A DNA stretch of 64,000 nucleotides from Brevundimonas sp. Its GTDB lineage: Bacteria > Pseudomonadota > Alphaproteobacteria > Caulobacterales > Caulobacteraceae. The translations under genes were made by a program, and so were the position numbers. The notes beneath the pieces were generated by a model that had not been told where the DNA came from, made no database searches, and was given only the letters and a program-made list of their open reading frames with translations. Location of the stretch: NCBI RefSeq assembly GCF_004296955.1, contig NZ_SCVB01000055.1. The stretch is one strand, 5' to 3'. Positions 31,774-41,275 of the stretch are shown piece after piece (the stretch's first letter is position 1; each line of letters opens with the position of its first letter).

Positions 31774-32063
31774 CGTGCGTCCTGCTCCCTTGAGAGAGAC
31801 GCCGGCCGGCGGAGCCGCTGGATGAGGCGTGGGAGGGCGCCGCCGGTGCGCTTTGCCGCCTCATGGTGCATCGGCGTCCCGAACTCGCGCCGAACACGCC
31901 GCCGGAGACTGACTGAACCGGCTGACGCGGGCGAACGCCGGGCGGGGCGTTCGGCCCTTGGAGAGGCTCGCGCCGAGGGCCTGGCCTGCACGCGATCCGT
32001 GTTTGGCCTAACCGGCTCCCGCCGTGCTATGCATCGCCCCGTACGCTCCGACACAGGTCCGCC

Positions 32064-34952
32064 ATGCCACAGACTCATCGCGCCGGAAGCGCGCCCGCGT
32101 TTGAAACGCCCCTCCCGTCGTGGCTCAGCCTCAACGCCGACCGCCGCGGCTTCGACGGCCCTTCTGGTCCGCCGTCCCTGACCGTCTCCGGGGCCGCGAC
32201 TCACCTGACGCGGGCGGGGCTGTCGTGGAGCGCTCTGGGCGAGAGCGCTGTCGTCACCTTCGCCTTTCGCGGATATCCGGTCACCCTGCCGGAGGGCGTC
32301 TCGGGATTCTTGCCGTTCACCAGAGTGCAGATGGAGGCGACGCTGCTGGCCCTCCAGGCCTGGTCGGATGTCGCCAACATCACCTTCGTCAGGCAGGATG
32401 ACGGCGGCGGTTACTCGAACAATGCGACGATGTTGTTCGGCGCCTACTCCAGCGGCGCGGACGGTGCGGCCGCCTTCGCCGCCCTGCCGGGCTCGACAGC
32501 CTCCAGTTCCGTCGCCGGTGACGTCTGGATCAACGGCTCTCTCTCGTACAACGCGGCCCCGACCGTGGGCGGCTACGGCCATCTGGCTCTGGTGCACGAG
32601 ATCGGTCACGCCATAGGCCTGCTTCACCCCGGCGACTACGACGCCGACCCGGGAGTGCAGATCACCTATCGGGAGCACGCCGACTATTATGAGGACTCCA
32701 ACCAGTACACGGTGATGAGCTATTTCAGCGAAGTCGCGACCGGCGCCCAGTTCGGGGCAGGCCGATATGTCTCCGCGCCCATGCTGGACGACATCGCGGC
32801 GGCCCAGCGGCTGTACGGGGCGAACTACGAAACTCGGAGCGGCGACACCGTCTACGGCTTCAACTCGACCGCGGATCGGCCCTGGTTCTCGGCGGTCGCC
32901 GGAGGCCAGGCGCCGGTATTCGCCGTTTGGGACGGGGGCGGAACGGACACACTGGACTTCTCTGGGTATGCCTTCGCCCAGGTGATCGATCTGAGGCAGG
33001 GCGGGTTTTCGAACGTCGGAGGGCTGACGGGCAATGTTTCGATCGCCATCGGCGCGGTGATCGAGAATGCAATCGGGGGAGCCGGGGACGACCGGTTCTA
33101 CGGCAACAGCGCGGACAATCGGTTCACCCCGGGCGGCGGATCCAACCGCATCGACGGGGGCTCCGGCGTGGACACCGTCGTGTTTTCCGGCGCGCGCTCG
33201 GCCTACACGGTGTCGGAGAATGGCGGAGCTATTGTGGATGTGATCGGGCCGGAGGGAACGACGGAAATTCGGAACGCCGAATTTCTGGTCTTCTCCGACC
33301 TGACCCTTGAGGTGCTGGTCCTGAGCGGTCTGACGCTGACGGGAGACGTCACCGACGAGCTGGTTCGCGGCTCCGGCTTTTCGGATTCCTTCGACGGCTC
33401 TGACGGCGATGACCGGATCTATGGTCTCGAGGGGCTGGACTACCTCGGCGGCGGCCGTGGCGACGATTTCATGGATGGCGGAGCCGGCGACGACTTTCTT
33501 TCCGTCGACGCGGGCGATGACACGATCCTCGGCGGCGACGGCGTCGACACGCTCAACATCGGCGGCGCCCTCAGCGGAGTGGTGCTCGACCTGCAGGCCG
33601 GGCTGATGACGGGGGAAGCTACCGGCACGGACCGGGTGGGCGGCATCGAGCGCGTCACTGGCTCCCCGTTCGCCGACCGGCTGACCGGGGATCAGAACGA
33701 CAACTACATCTATGGCGTCGCGGGCGTGGACATCATCCGCGGCGGCGGCGGGGACGATGAGCTTGTCGGCGGCATCGGGGAGGCCGGCGGCGCCGAAGTC
33801 CTTGTCAAGGCGCGGGAGCAAGCGAACGGATCGATGGGGACGGCGGTCTCGCTCGACGACGCTTTCGACCAGATCCGTGAAGAGGGTCCGCACACATTCA
33901 TTGTGCCGCGGGCGAGCGTCGTGGCCGCTACCCACGGCGGCAACGAATATTACGCCTTCACCACCTTTCACGCCGACGCCTATGTCCGGCTCGACATTGA
34001 TGGCGCGACCTTCGACTCCGTGATCCGGATCTTCGACGCCAACGGGGTGGAACTCGCGCGCAACAATGACGGGACCTATACCGGCGATGGCGGCGTCCCC
34101 GGCGATTCCTGCCTGACGTACGCAGTCGCGACGCCGGGCGTCTATTACGTCCAGGTGAGCGCCTTCTCGGGGATGACGGGGACGGCCGTGCGGTCCGAGC
34201 CGCCTCCACCGGGTCAGACCTACACCCTGAATGTGGTCGTCTCGGGCCACCCGACGCAACCGACCTATGCTCTGGGATCGACGCTGTTCGGGGATGCAGG
34301 CAACGACATCCTGCACGGGACCCACGAGAATGATGTGCTCGATGGCGGCTCGGGCAATGACACCATTTATGCCGGCGGCGGCAACGACGTGATCAATGGG
34401 GGCGAGGGTTGGGACAAGCTTTGGCTCAGAGGCGCCTGGAATGGTGAGTATCGGCTGCTGATGCTCAGCGAGGGCGAATACCTTGTGAAGGGCGCCGAGG
34501 GCGCTGACTACATTTCCGGCATCGAGGTCCTCGACTTCGGCAATGGCACGGTCATCGATCTTGGCCGCCTGTATGCCTCGGGCGCCTTCGAAGGCCGGTC
34601 GGACGGACTCTCGTTCAGCGATCTCGGCGTGCTGGCGTGGGACATCGACTCGCCGCTGGTGCTGCCGACGTCCGGCGACCCGGATTCGCCGGTCAAGGGT
34701 GGGGGAGAGGGTCCCCATATCCTGCCCGGAGCGACTGGCGAGCCGTTCTTCGATCCCGCCCCGGACCTCCCCGGTCACGGCGAAAACCTTCCGCCTGTCT
34801 GGCCGATCTACCCCGCCGCGCCGGCTGTCGCGACGTGCATGACTCCCCCGGACCCGTTGTTCAGCCCCCTTCACCGCGCTGACTCGGACCTGCTCAATCC
34901 GGGAGACGTCGCCTTGTTCGAAGCCGGGCGTGCTTGGGACTGGTTTCACTAG
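32064..34952 (+). CDS. Serralysin-like M10B metalloprotease with RTX repeats, PPC-like domain and Pro-rich C-tail
   Basis: HEIGHAIGLLH (HEXXHXXGXXH), TVMSY Met-turn, PMLDDIAA.QRLYG, many GGxGxD nonamers. Confidence 0.92.
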   Translation: MPQTHRAGSAPAFETPLPSWLSLNADRRGFDGPSGPPSLTVSGAATHLTRAGLSWSALGESAVVTFAFRGYPVTLPEGVSGFLPFTRVQMEATLLALQAWSDVANITFVRQDDGGGYSNNATMLFGAYSSGADGAAAFAALPGSTASSSVAGDVWINGSLSYNAAPTVGGYGHLALVHEIGHAIGLLHPGDYDADPGVQITYREHADYYEDSNQYTVMSYFSEVATGAQFGAGRYVSAPMLDDIAAAQRLYGANYETRSGDTVYGFNSTADRPWFSAVAGGQAPVFAVWDGGGTDTLDFSGYAFAQVIDLRQGGFSNVGGLTGNVSIAIGAVIENAIGGAGDDRFYGNSADNRFTPGGGSNRIDGGSGVDTVVFSGARSAYTVSENGGAIVDVIGPEGTTEIRNAEFLVFSDLTLEVLVLSGLTLTGDVTDELVRGSGFSDSFDGSDGDDRIYGLEGLDYLGGGRGDDFMDGGAGDDFLSVDAGDDTILGGDGVDTLNIGGALSGVVLDLQAGLMTGEATGTDRVGGIERVTGSPFADRLTGDQNDNYIYGVAGVDIIRGGGGDDELVGGIGEAGGAEVLVKAREQANGSMGTAVSLDDAFDQIREEGPHTFIVPRASVVAATHGGNEYYAFTTFHADAYVRLDIDGATFDSVIRIFDANGVELARNNDGTYTGDGGVPGDSCLTYAVATPGVYYVQVSAFSGMTGTAVRSEPPPPGQTYTLNVVVSGHPTQPTYALGSTLFGDAGNDILHGTHENDVLDGGSGNDTIYAGGGNDVINGGEGWDKLWLRGAWNGEYRLLMLSEGEYLVKGAEGADYISGIEVLDFGNGTVIDLGRLYASGAFEGRSDGLSFSDLGVLAWDIDSPLVLPTSGDPDSPVKGGGEGPHILPGATGEPFFDPAPDLPGHGENLPPVWPIYPAAPAVATCMTPPDPLFSPLHRADSDLLNPGDVALFEAGRAWDWFH

Positions 34953-35132
34953 CCGCCGCGCCCCGCATTTTTCGCGGGTTCCGCAGCCGGCCGCTCTGAA
35001 GCGGAACCGTCACACCCGCTCACGTTTTGTTACACCCTCAGCCTCGCCTTGCCGCCCAACGCGCGGTAAGCGGGGCCTTGCACCGCGAGGGATGCCAGTC
35101 CCCGCGTTCGACTACGGCTCAGGGACCATGCG

Positions 35133-37823
35133 ATGACTCAGTGGGTGTACGGCTTCGGCGGAGGCTCCGCCGACGGCGACGCGTCGATGAAGAACCTCCT
35201 CGGCGGCAAGGGCGCGAACCTGGCCGAGATGTCCTCGCTCGGTCTGCCGGTGCCGCCCGGCTTCACCATCACCACCGAGGCCTGCGTCCACTACTATTCC
35301 AGCGGCCAGACCTACCCCGCCGCCCTGGCCGACCAGGTCGCCGCCGGGCTGAAGAAGGTCGAACAGGTCGTCGGCAAGACCTTCGGCGACGCGAAGAATC
35401 CCCTGCTGGTCTCGGTCCGCTCAGGCGCCCGCGCCTCCATGCCCGGGATGATGGACACCGTCCTCAATCTCGGCCTCAACGATGAGACGGTCGAAGGGCT
35501 CGCCGCCCTGTCCGGCGACCGCCGCTTCGCCTTCGACAGCTATCGCCGCTTCATCACCATGTACTCCAGCGTCGTGCTGGGCCTGTCGCATGACGACTTC
35601 GAGGAGGTGCTGGACGATCACAAGGACCGCCTCGGCGTCACCATCGACACCGACCTGTCCGCCGCCGACTGGGAAAAGGTCGTCGCCGACTACAAGGCTG
35701 TGGTCGAGGACCGGCTGGGCCATGCCTTCCCGCAGGATCCCCATGACCAGCTGTGGGGCGCCGTCTCGGCCGTCTTCGCCAGCTGGATGAACGACCGGGC
35801 CAAATTCTATCGTCGCATGCACGATATCCCCGAGAGCTGGGGCACGGCGGTCAATGTCCAGTCCATGGTCTTCGGCAATATGGGCGAGACCTCGGCCACC
35901 GGCGTGGCCTTCACCCGCAACCCGTCGACGGGCGAGGCCCGGCTGTACGGCGAGTTCCTGATCAACGCCCAGGGCGAGGACGTCGTCGCCGGCATCCGCA
36001 CGCCCCAGTCCCTGACCCGGGCCGGGCGCGAGGAGATGGGCGAGAGCGCCCCCTCGATGGAAGAGGCGATGCCGGAGGTGTTCGGCCAGTTCGTCGAGGT
36101 CGTCGGCCGGCTGGAGAGCCACTACCGCGACATGCAGGACATCGAGTTCACGGTCGAACAGGGCCGGCTGTGGATGCTGCAGACCCGCAACGGCAAGCGC
36201 ACCGCCAAGTCGGCGCTGAAAATCGCCGTCGATCTGGCCGCCGAGGGCGTCATCTCCGAGGAGGAGGCCGTGTCGCGCGTCGAGCCGGCGGCGCTGGACC
36301 AGCTGCTGCATCCGACGCTCGATCCGAAGGCCGCCCGCACGGTGGTGGCCGCCGGCCTGCCGGCCTCGCCCGGCGCGGCCACCGGCAAGATCGTCTTCGA
36401 CGCCGACGAGGCCGAGCGCCTCAACCAGCTCGGGGACGCCGTGATCCTGGTGCGCGAGGAGACCTCGCCCGAGGACATCCACGGCATGCACGCGGCGCGC
36501 GGCATCCTGACGGCCCGGGGCGGCATGACCAGCCATGCCGCCGTCGTCGCCCGCGGCATGGGGCGCCCCTGCGTCTGCGGCATCAATGAACTGTCGATCG
36601 ACGAGAAGGCCGGGACCTGCACGGCCCGCGGCCGCACCTTCAAGGCCGGCGAGATCATCACCATCGACGGCTCGAAGGGCGAGGTGCTGGACGGCGCCGT
36701 GCCGATGATCGAGCCCGAGCTGACCGGCGACTTCCAGACCCTGATGGCATGGGCCGACAAGGTGCGCCGCCTGCGTGTCCGGGCCAACGCCGAGACGCCG
36801 CTGGATGCGAAGACCGCGCGCGGCTTCGGCGCCGAGGGCATCGGCCTGTGCCGGACCGAGCACATGTTCTTCGACGACGCCCGCATCGCCGCCGTGCGCG
36901 AGATGATCCTGGCCGACGACGAAGCCGGCCGCCGCCTGGCCCTGGCGAAGATCGCGCCGTTCCAGAAGGCCGATTTCGTGGAACTGTTCACCATCATGGC
37001 CGGCCTGCCGGTGACGGTGCGCCTGCTCGATCCGCCGCTGCACGAATTCATCCCGCACAGCGACGCCGAGATCGACGCACTCGCCGTCACGCAAGGGCTG
37101 GACGCCGCCAAGCTGAAGCGGCGCGCCAAGGAGCTACACGAGACCAACCCCATGCTCGGCCACCGCGGCTGCCGTCTCGGCGTCGCCTATCCCGAGATCT
37201 ACGAGATGCAGGTCCGCGCCATCCTCGAGGCGGCGCTGGAGGTCAAGGAAACCGCGGCCGAGGCCCCCATCCCCGAGATCATGCACCCGCTGGTCGCCCT
37301 CGGGCTGGAGATGAAATACCTGCGCGAGCTGACCGACCGCACGGCCGAGGCTGTCTTCGCCGAGGCCGACGACCGGGTCGACTATCTGGTCGGCACCATG
37401 ATCGAACTGCCCCGCGCCGCCCTGCGCGCCGCCGACCTGGCCGAATACGCCGAGTTCTTCTCCTTCGGCACCAACGATCTGACCCAGACCACCTTCGGCA
37501 TCTCCAGGGACGACTCCGGCCGCTTCCTGCAGGCCTATATGGACAAGGGCATCTTCGAGACCGACCCCTTCGTCCGGCTCGACCAGGACGGCGTCGGCGA
37601 CCTGATCCGCATCGCCGCCGAACGGGGCGGGGCCGCGCGTCCGGGCATCAAGATGGGCATCTGCGGCGAACACGGCGGCGACCCGTCCTCCATCGCCTTC
37701 TGCGAGGCGGTCGGCCTCGACTATGTCAGCTGCTCGCCCTACCGCGTGCCGATCGCCCGGCTGGCGGCGGCCCAGGCCGCGCTGCACGCCCGCGCCGGGA
37801 CGGAGCGCGAGAAGGATCGCTGA
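35133..37823 (+). CDS. ppdK: Pyruvate, phosphate dikinase
   Basis: LLGGKGANLAEM, SVRSGA..SMPGMMDT, GGMTSHAAVV, GLCRTEHMF, SFGTNDLTQ, GICGEHGG. Confidence 0.99.
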   Translation: MTQWVYGFGGGSADGDASMKNLLGGKGANLAEMSSLGLPVPPGFTITTEACVHYYSSGQTYPAALADQVAAGLKKVEQVVGKTFGDAKNPLLVSVRSGARASMPGMMDTVLNLGLNDETVEGLAALSGDRRFAFDSYRRFITMYSSVVLGLSHDDFEEVLDDHKDRLGVTIDTDLSAADWEKVVADYKAVVEDRLGHAFPQDPHDQLWGAVSAVFASWMNDRAKFYRRMHDIPESWGTAVNVQSMVFGNMGETSATGVAFTRNPSTGEARLYGEFLINAQGEDVVAGIRTPQSLTRAGREEMGESAPSMEEAMPEVFGQFVEVVGRLESHYRDMQDIEFTVEQGRLWMLQTRNGKRTAKSALKIAVDLAAEGVISEEEAVSRVEPAALDQLLHPTLDPKAARTVVAAGLPASPGAATGKIVFDADEAERLNQLGDAVILVREETSPEDIHGMHAARGILTARGGMTSHAAVVARGMGRPCVCGINELSIDEKAGTCTARGRTFKAGEIITIDGSKGEVLDGAVPMIEPELTGDFQTLMAWADKVRRLRVRANAETPLDAKTARGFGAEGIGLCRTEHMFFDDARIAAVREMILADDEAGRRLALAKIAPFQKADFVELFTIMAGLPVTVRLLDPPLHEFIPHSDAEIDALAVTQGLDAAKLKRRAKELHETNPMLGHRGCRLGVAYPEIYEMQVRAILEAALEVKETAAEAPIPEIMHPLVALGLEMKYLRELTDRTAEAVFAEADDRVDYLVGTMIELPRAALRAADLAEYAEFFSFGTNDLTQTTFGISRDDSGRFLQAYMDKGIFETDPFVRLDQDGVGDLIRIAAERGGAARPGIKMGICGEHGGDPSSIAFCEAVGLDYVSCSPYRVPIARLAAAQAALHARAGTEREKDR

Positions 37824-38005
37824 TCGAAGCGCTCGCACTGCCACAAAACTGTCGTGGTTGAAGTAACGCGGTCTGTGCCTCCTGTCGCACAGTCATCGTT
37901 ATGTATTCAGCCGCCACTGGAACGCCTCTTTCGACCACCCATTTGTGTCCTCGCTGGATGGGGCTGGCAGCCGTTGGTTGTCACATCTAGAGGATACAAG
38001 AAACA

Positions 38006-38533
38006 ATGCGTAACATTCTTCTCGCCACCGCCGCCCTTACTCTGATCGCGGCGCCGGCCATGGCCCAGGATCCCGCGAGCCCGGTGACCGGCTCCATCGG
38101 TTACACCCAGCTGGACACCGACGGCGGCGACCTCGGCGCCGTCACCGGCCGCGTCGGCTACGACTTCACCCGCAATTTCGGCGTCGAGGGCGAGGCCTCG
38201 ATCGGCGTCAAGGACGATGACATCACCTTCGGCGGCGTCGACGGCAAGCTCGAGCATGACTGGGACGCCGCCGCCTATGGCGTCGCCAAACTGCCGATCA
38301 ACCCGAACCTCGAACTGTTTGGCCGCCTCGGCTACGGCACCACCTCGGTCACCGCTGACGTGGCCGGCGCGACGGCCTCGGCAGATGGCGAAAGCGTCAA
38401 CTACGGCGTCGGCGCCAACTACTTCATCGACGGCCGCAACGGCATCCGCGCCGACTGGACCCGCCGCGACTTCCGCGACGACGGCGCCGGCGAGGCGGAC
38501 ACCTATGGCCTGAGCTACGTCCGCCGCTTTTAA
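38006..38533 (+). CDS. Outer-membrane beta-barrel (OmpA-like 'porin family') protein
   Basis: Signal peptide APAMA; alternating beta strands; C-terminal YVRRF. Confidence 0.85.
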   Translation: MRNILLATAALTLIAAPAMAQDPASPVTGSIGYTQLDTDGGDLGAVTGRVGYDFTRNFGVEGEASIGVKDDDITFGGVDGKLEHDWDAAAYGVAKLPINPNLELFGRLGYGTTSVTADVAGATASADGESVNYGVGANYFIDGRNGIRADWTRRDFRDDGAGEADTYGLSYVRRF

Positions 38534-38546
38534 AGGCTGACCCCCG

Positions 38547-38590
38547 AAAAGACGAAGGCGCGCATCCGCGGGGATGCGCGCCTTTTCGTT
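38547..38590. terminator. Bidirectional intrinsic terminator
   Basis: 13-bp stem AAGGCGCGCATCC/GGATGCGCGCCTT with A-tract before and T-tract after, between convergent genes. Confidence 0.88.
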
Positions 38591-38610
38591 GGGTCGCGGT
38601 CAGGTCCGGA

Positions 38611-38874
38611 TCAGGCGACGCCGGGCTGCAGCGCCCACCGCATCGAGCCTTCGCCGAACGGTTTGAAGAACAGGTCGCGGTATCGTTCGAACACCTCGAC
38701 GATCCGGTTGGCCAGGTCCTGGGCGACGGTCTCGCCGCGCTGTCGCTTCATCGCACAGACGCACTGGACCACGTCGCGCTGATGGGCCGAGCCGCCCATG
38801 CTCTTGAGCACCGCGGCGATATCCTGCGCCAGCGGATCGATCTGCGCTCCCCATGGAGTGGTGTTCTGAGCCAT
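38611..38874 (-). CDS. 87-aa hypothetical protein, possibly winged-helix
   Basis: MAQNTTPWG…LKSMGGSAH..DVV…FFKPFGEGSMRWAL; host-like codons. Confidence 0.7.
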   Translation of the reverse strand: MAQNTTPWGAQIDPLAQDIAAVLKSMGGSAHQRDVVQCVCAMKRQRGETVAQDLANRIVEVFERYRDLFFKPFGEGSMRWALQPGVA

Positions 38875-39003
38875 CCGGGACACCCCCTGTTCTCGACACT
38901 GGCGAACCGGTCGCAAAATCTTGCGGACGATGCAAGCGTGGCCGCGAATTCGTGATCGAAGGGAATGTCGGGAGCCGCTGCGGCCGAACGGCGTTCAGGT
39001 CCC

Positions 39004-39483
39004 ATGACCGCAAATCGCCTCATCCTCCTGTCCATCCTGGCGCTCGCCGGGTGCGGCCGGGCCGAGACCAATCCACCGACCGATCCGGCCGCGCCCATCG
39101 ACACGCCGGAGGCCCAGGCGCCGGCGCCGACCCCGCCGCCCGGCGTCGGTTCGATCATGCCTGGATCGGGGCCGCAGACCTTCGTCGGGCGCTGGGCCGC
39201 CAATGCCGCCTGGTGCGCGAACCCGCAGGGCGCCGAGCGGCCGATCGAGATCACCACCACCCGGTTCGAGGGCTATGAGAACAGCTGCGGAATCCTGTCG
39301 ATCAGCCAGGTCTCCGACGGCTATGAGGCGGCCCTGGCCTGCGCCGCCGAAGGCGAGACCACGAGCGAGCGGATCCGCATGGCCGTGCAGGGCGACAGCC
39401 TGCGCCTGACCTGGCTGAATCGGAACAATGCGGTGGTCAGCCTGGCGCGGTGCCCCGCGCCGGCCGCCGCCCCGGCGTCCTAG
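39004..39483 (+). CDS. Hypothetical lipoprotein
   Basis: Lipobox LAGC, Pro-rich linker, FVGRWAA…C domain with four Cys. Confidence 0.8.
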   Translation: MTANRLILLSILALAGCGRAETNPPTDPAAPIDTPEAQAPAPTPPPGVGSIMPGSGPQTFVGRWAANAAWCANPQGAERPIEITTTRFEGYENSCGILSISQVSDGYEAALACAAEGETTSERIRMAVQGDSLRLTWLNRNNAVVSLARCPAPAAAPAS

Positions 39484-40574
39484 TTGAAGAGGAAATTCAT
39501 CACGTCGCCGTCGCGGACGACATAGGCCTTGCCCTCGGCCTTCATCTTGCCGGCCTCCTTCGCGCCGGCCTCGCCTTTCAGGGCGATGAAGTCGTCGAAG
39601 GCGATGGTCTCGGCGCGGATGAAGCCCTTCTCGAAATCGGTGTGAATGACGCCGGCGGCCTGGGGGGCGGTGGCCCCGATCGGGATCGTCCAGGCGCGCG
39701 CCTCCTTCGGGCCCACGGTGAAATAGGACTGCAGTCCCAGCAGGGCGTAGGCCTCGCGGATCAGCCGGTTCAGGCCCGGTTCGGCCAGCCCCATGCTCTC
39801 GAGGAATTCCAGCTGCTCGGCCTCGTCCAGCAGGGCCAGTTCGGAATCGATCTTGGCCGAGATGACGACCGCCTTGGCGTTGTCCCGGGCGGCGCGGGCC
39901 GCGACCTGGTCCGACAGCGCATTGCCCTTGTCGGCCGAGTTCTCGTCGACGTTGGCGACATAGAGGGCGGGCAGGGAGGTCAGCAGCTGCAGCATGTGCC
40001 AGGCTTTCTGGTCCTCCTTGTCCACCTGGACCACGCGGGCGGGCTGGCCGGCGCGCAGGGGCGTCAGGGCCATGTTGATCAGGCGCAGCGTCTGCTGGGC
40101 GTCCTTGTCGCCGCCCTTGGCCTTCTTCTCGACGTTGACGACGCGCTTCTCGAGGCTTTCGAGGTCGGCCAGCATCAGCTCGGTCTCGATGATTTCGAGG
40201 TCGCTGACCGGGTCGATGCGGTTCTCGACATGGGTGATGTCGTCATCGACGAAGCAGCGGGCCACGAAGGCGACGGCGTCGCAGTCGCGGATATTGGCCA
40301 GGAACTGGTTGCCCAGGCCCTCGCCCTTCGACGCGCCGCGCACCAGGCCGGCGATGTCCACGAAGGTAATCCGCGAGGGGATGATTTCCTTCGAGCCGGC
40401 GATGGCGGCCAGCGCCGCCAGGCGCGGCTCGGGCACCGCCACGTCGCCGGTGTTGGGCTCGATGGTGCAGAACGGATAGTTGGCGGCCTGGGCCGCCGCC
40501 GTCCGGGTCAGGGCGTTGAACAGGGTGGACTTGCCGACATTGGGCAGGCCGACGATCGCGACTTTCAGGGCCAT
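39480..40574 (-). CDS. ychF: Redox-regulated ATPase YchF
   Basis: GLPNVGKSTLFN, NYPFCTIEPN, DIAGLV.GAS.GEGLGNQFL, IHTDFEKGFI. Confidence 0.99.
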   Translation of the reverse strand: MALKVAIVGLPNVGKSTLFNALTRTAAAQAANYPFCTIEPNTGDVAVPEPRLAALAAIAGSKEIIPSRITFVDIAGLVRGASKGEGLGNQFLANIRDCDAVAFVARCFVDDDITHVENRIDPVSDLEIIETELMLADLESLEKRVVNVEKKAKGGDKDAQQTLRLINMALTPLRAGQPARVVQVDKEDQKAWHMLQLLTSLPALYVANVDENSADKGNALSDQVAARAARDNAKAVVISAKIDSELALLDEAEQLEFLESMGLAEPGLNRLIREAYALLGLQSYFTVGPKEARAWTIPIGATAPQAAGVIHTDFEKGFIRAETIAFDDFIALKGEAGAKEAGKMKAEGKAYVVRDGDVMNFLFN

Positions 40575-40655
40575 GGTCTTGGGGAGGTTCCTCGTGAGCG
40601 CGAGCCTTTAGCCGGTCATGGCCGGTTTGTCAGTCTCGGGCTTTGTCGCGTCCGT

Positions 40656-41138
40656 TCAGTGAGCGCCGGGGGCCGCGTCGGCGTCGGCGCCGGGGGCCGC
40701 CGGCTGGCCGACGGTCGCGGTCACCTCGACCGGCGCCGAAGAGGCGAAGGTCAGGGTCAGGGCGACGGTGTCGCCGGCGACCAGGGGCTCCTTGACCCCC
40801 AGCAGCATCAGGTGGTTCCCGCCCGGCTCCAGGGCGACGGCCTGGCCGGCGGGCAGGGCGAGCCCGTCCCTGAGCTCGCGCATCATCATCATGCCGCCCT
40901 CCATCCGGCTCTCGTGGATCTGGACCAGATTGGCGGCGGGGCTCTCGACCGCGGTCAGGCGATCGTCGGCGGCGGCCGTCAGGGTCAGATAGCAGCCGGT
41001 CATCTGGCGGCCGACCGGCGTGGGCCGGCAGATCGCGCCCGCCGCCTGCACCGTCGGCGCCGTCCCGGACCCGGAGCCCGAAGGGCTGCAGGCGGCCAGC
41101 GCCAGCAAGACGGCGGCGAAGATCGGGGCGCGGGTCAT
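40656..41138 (-). CDS. Copper chaperone PCu(A)C
   Basis: Lipobox LAAC; IHESRMEGGMMMM; PGGNHLML. Confidence 0.92.
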   Translation of the reverse strand: MTRAPIFAAVLLALAACSPSGSGSGTAPTVQAAGAICRPTPVGRQMTGCYLTLTAAADDRLTAVESPAANLVQIHESRMEGGMMMMRELRDGLALPAGQAVALEPGGNHLMLLGVKEPLVAGDTVALTLTFASSAPVEVTATVGQPAAPGADADAAPGAH

Positions 41139-41275
41139 GGCGGACTTCCTGCTCAGGTTTCGCGCGGTCTATCGTCCCGCCGGACGCCCGGCAAGGCGGC
41201 GTCCCGTCGCGCTTGCGCATGGACAGCCCAGGGGACGCGTGACACGCTTCCGCACGCAATCCGGGAGCCTGAGAG

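Noticed and set aside
35003-35026. SigmaT promoter before ppdK
   Set aside because: GGAAC-N15-CGTT spacing is shorter than 16-17; GGAAC is also part of a hairpin arm
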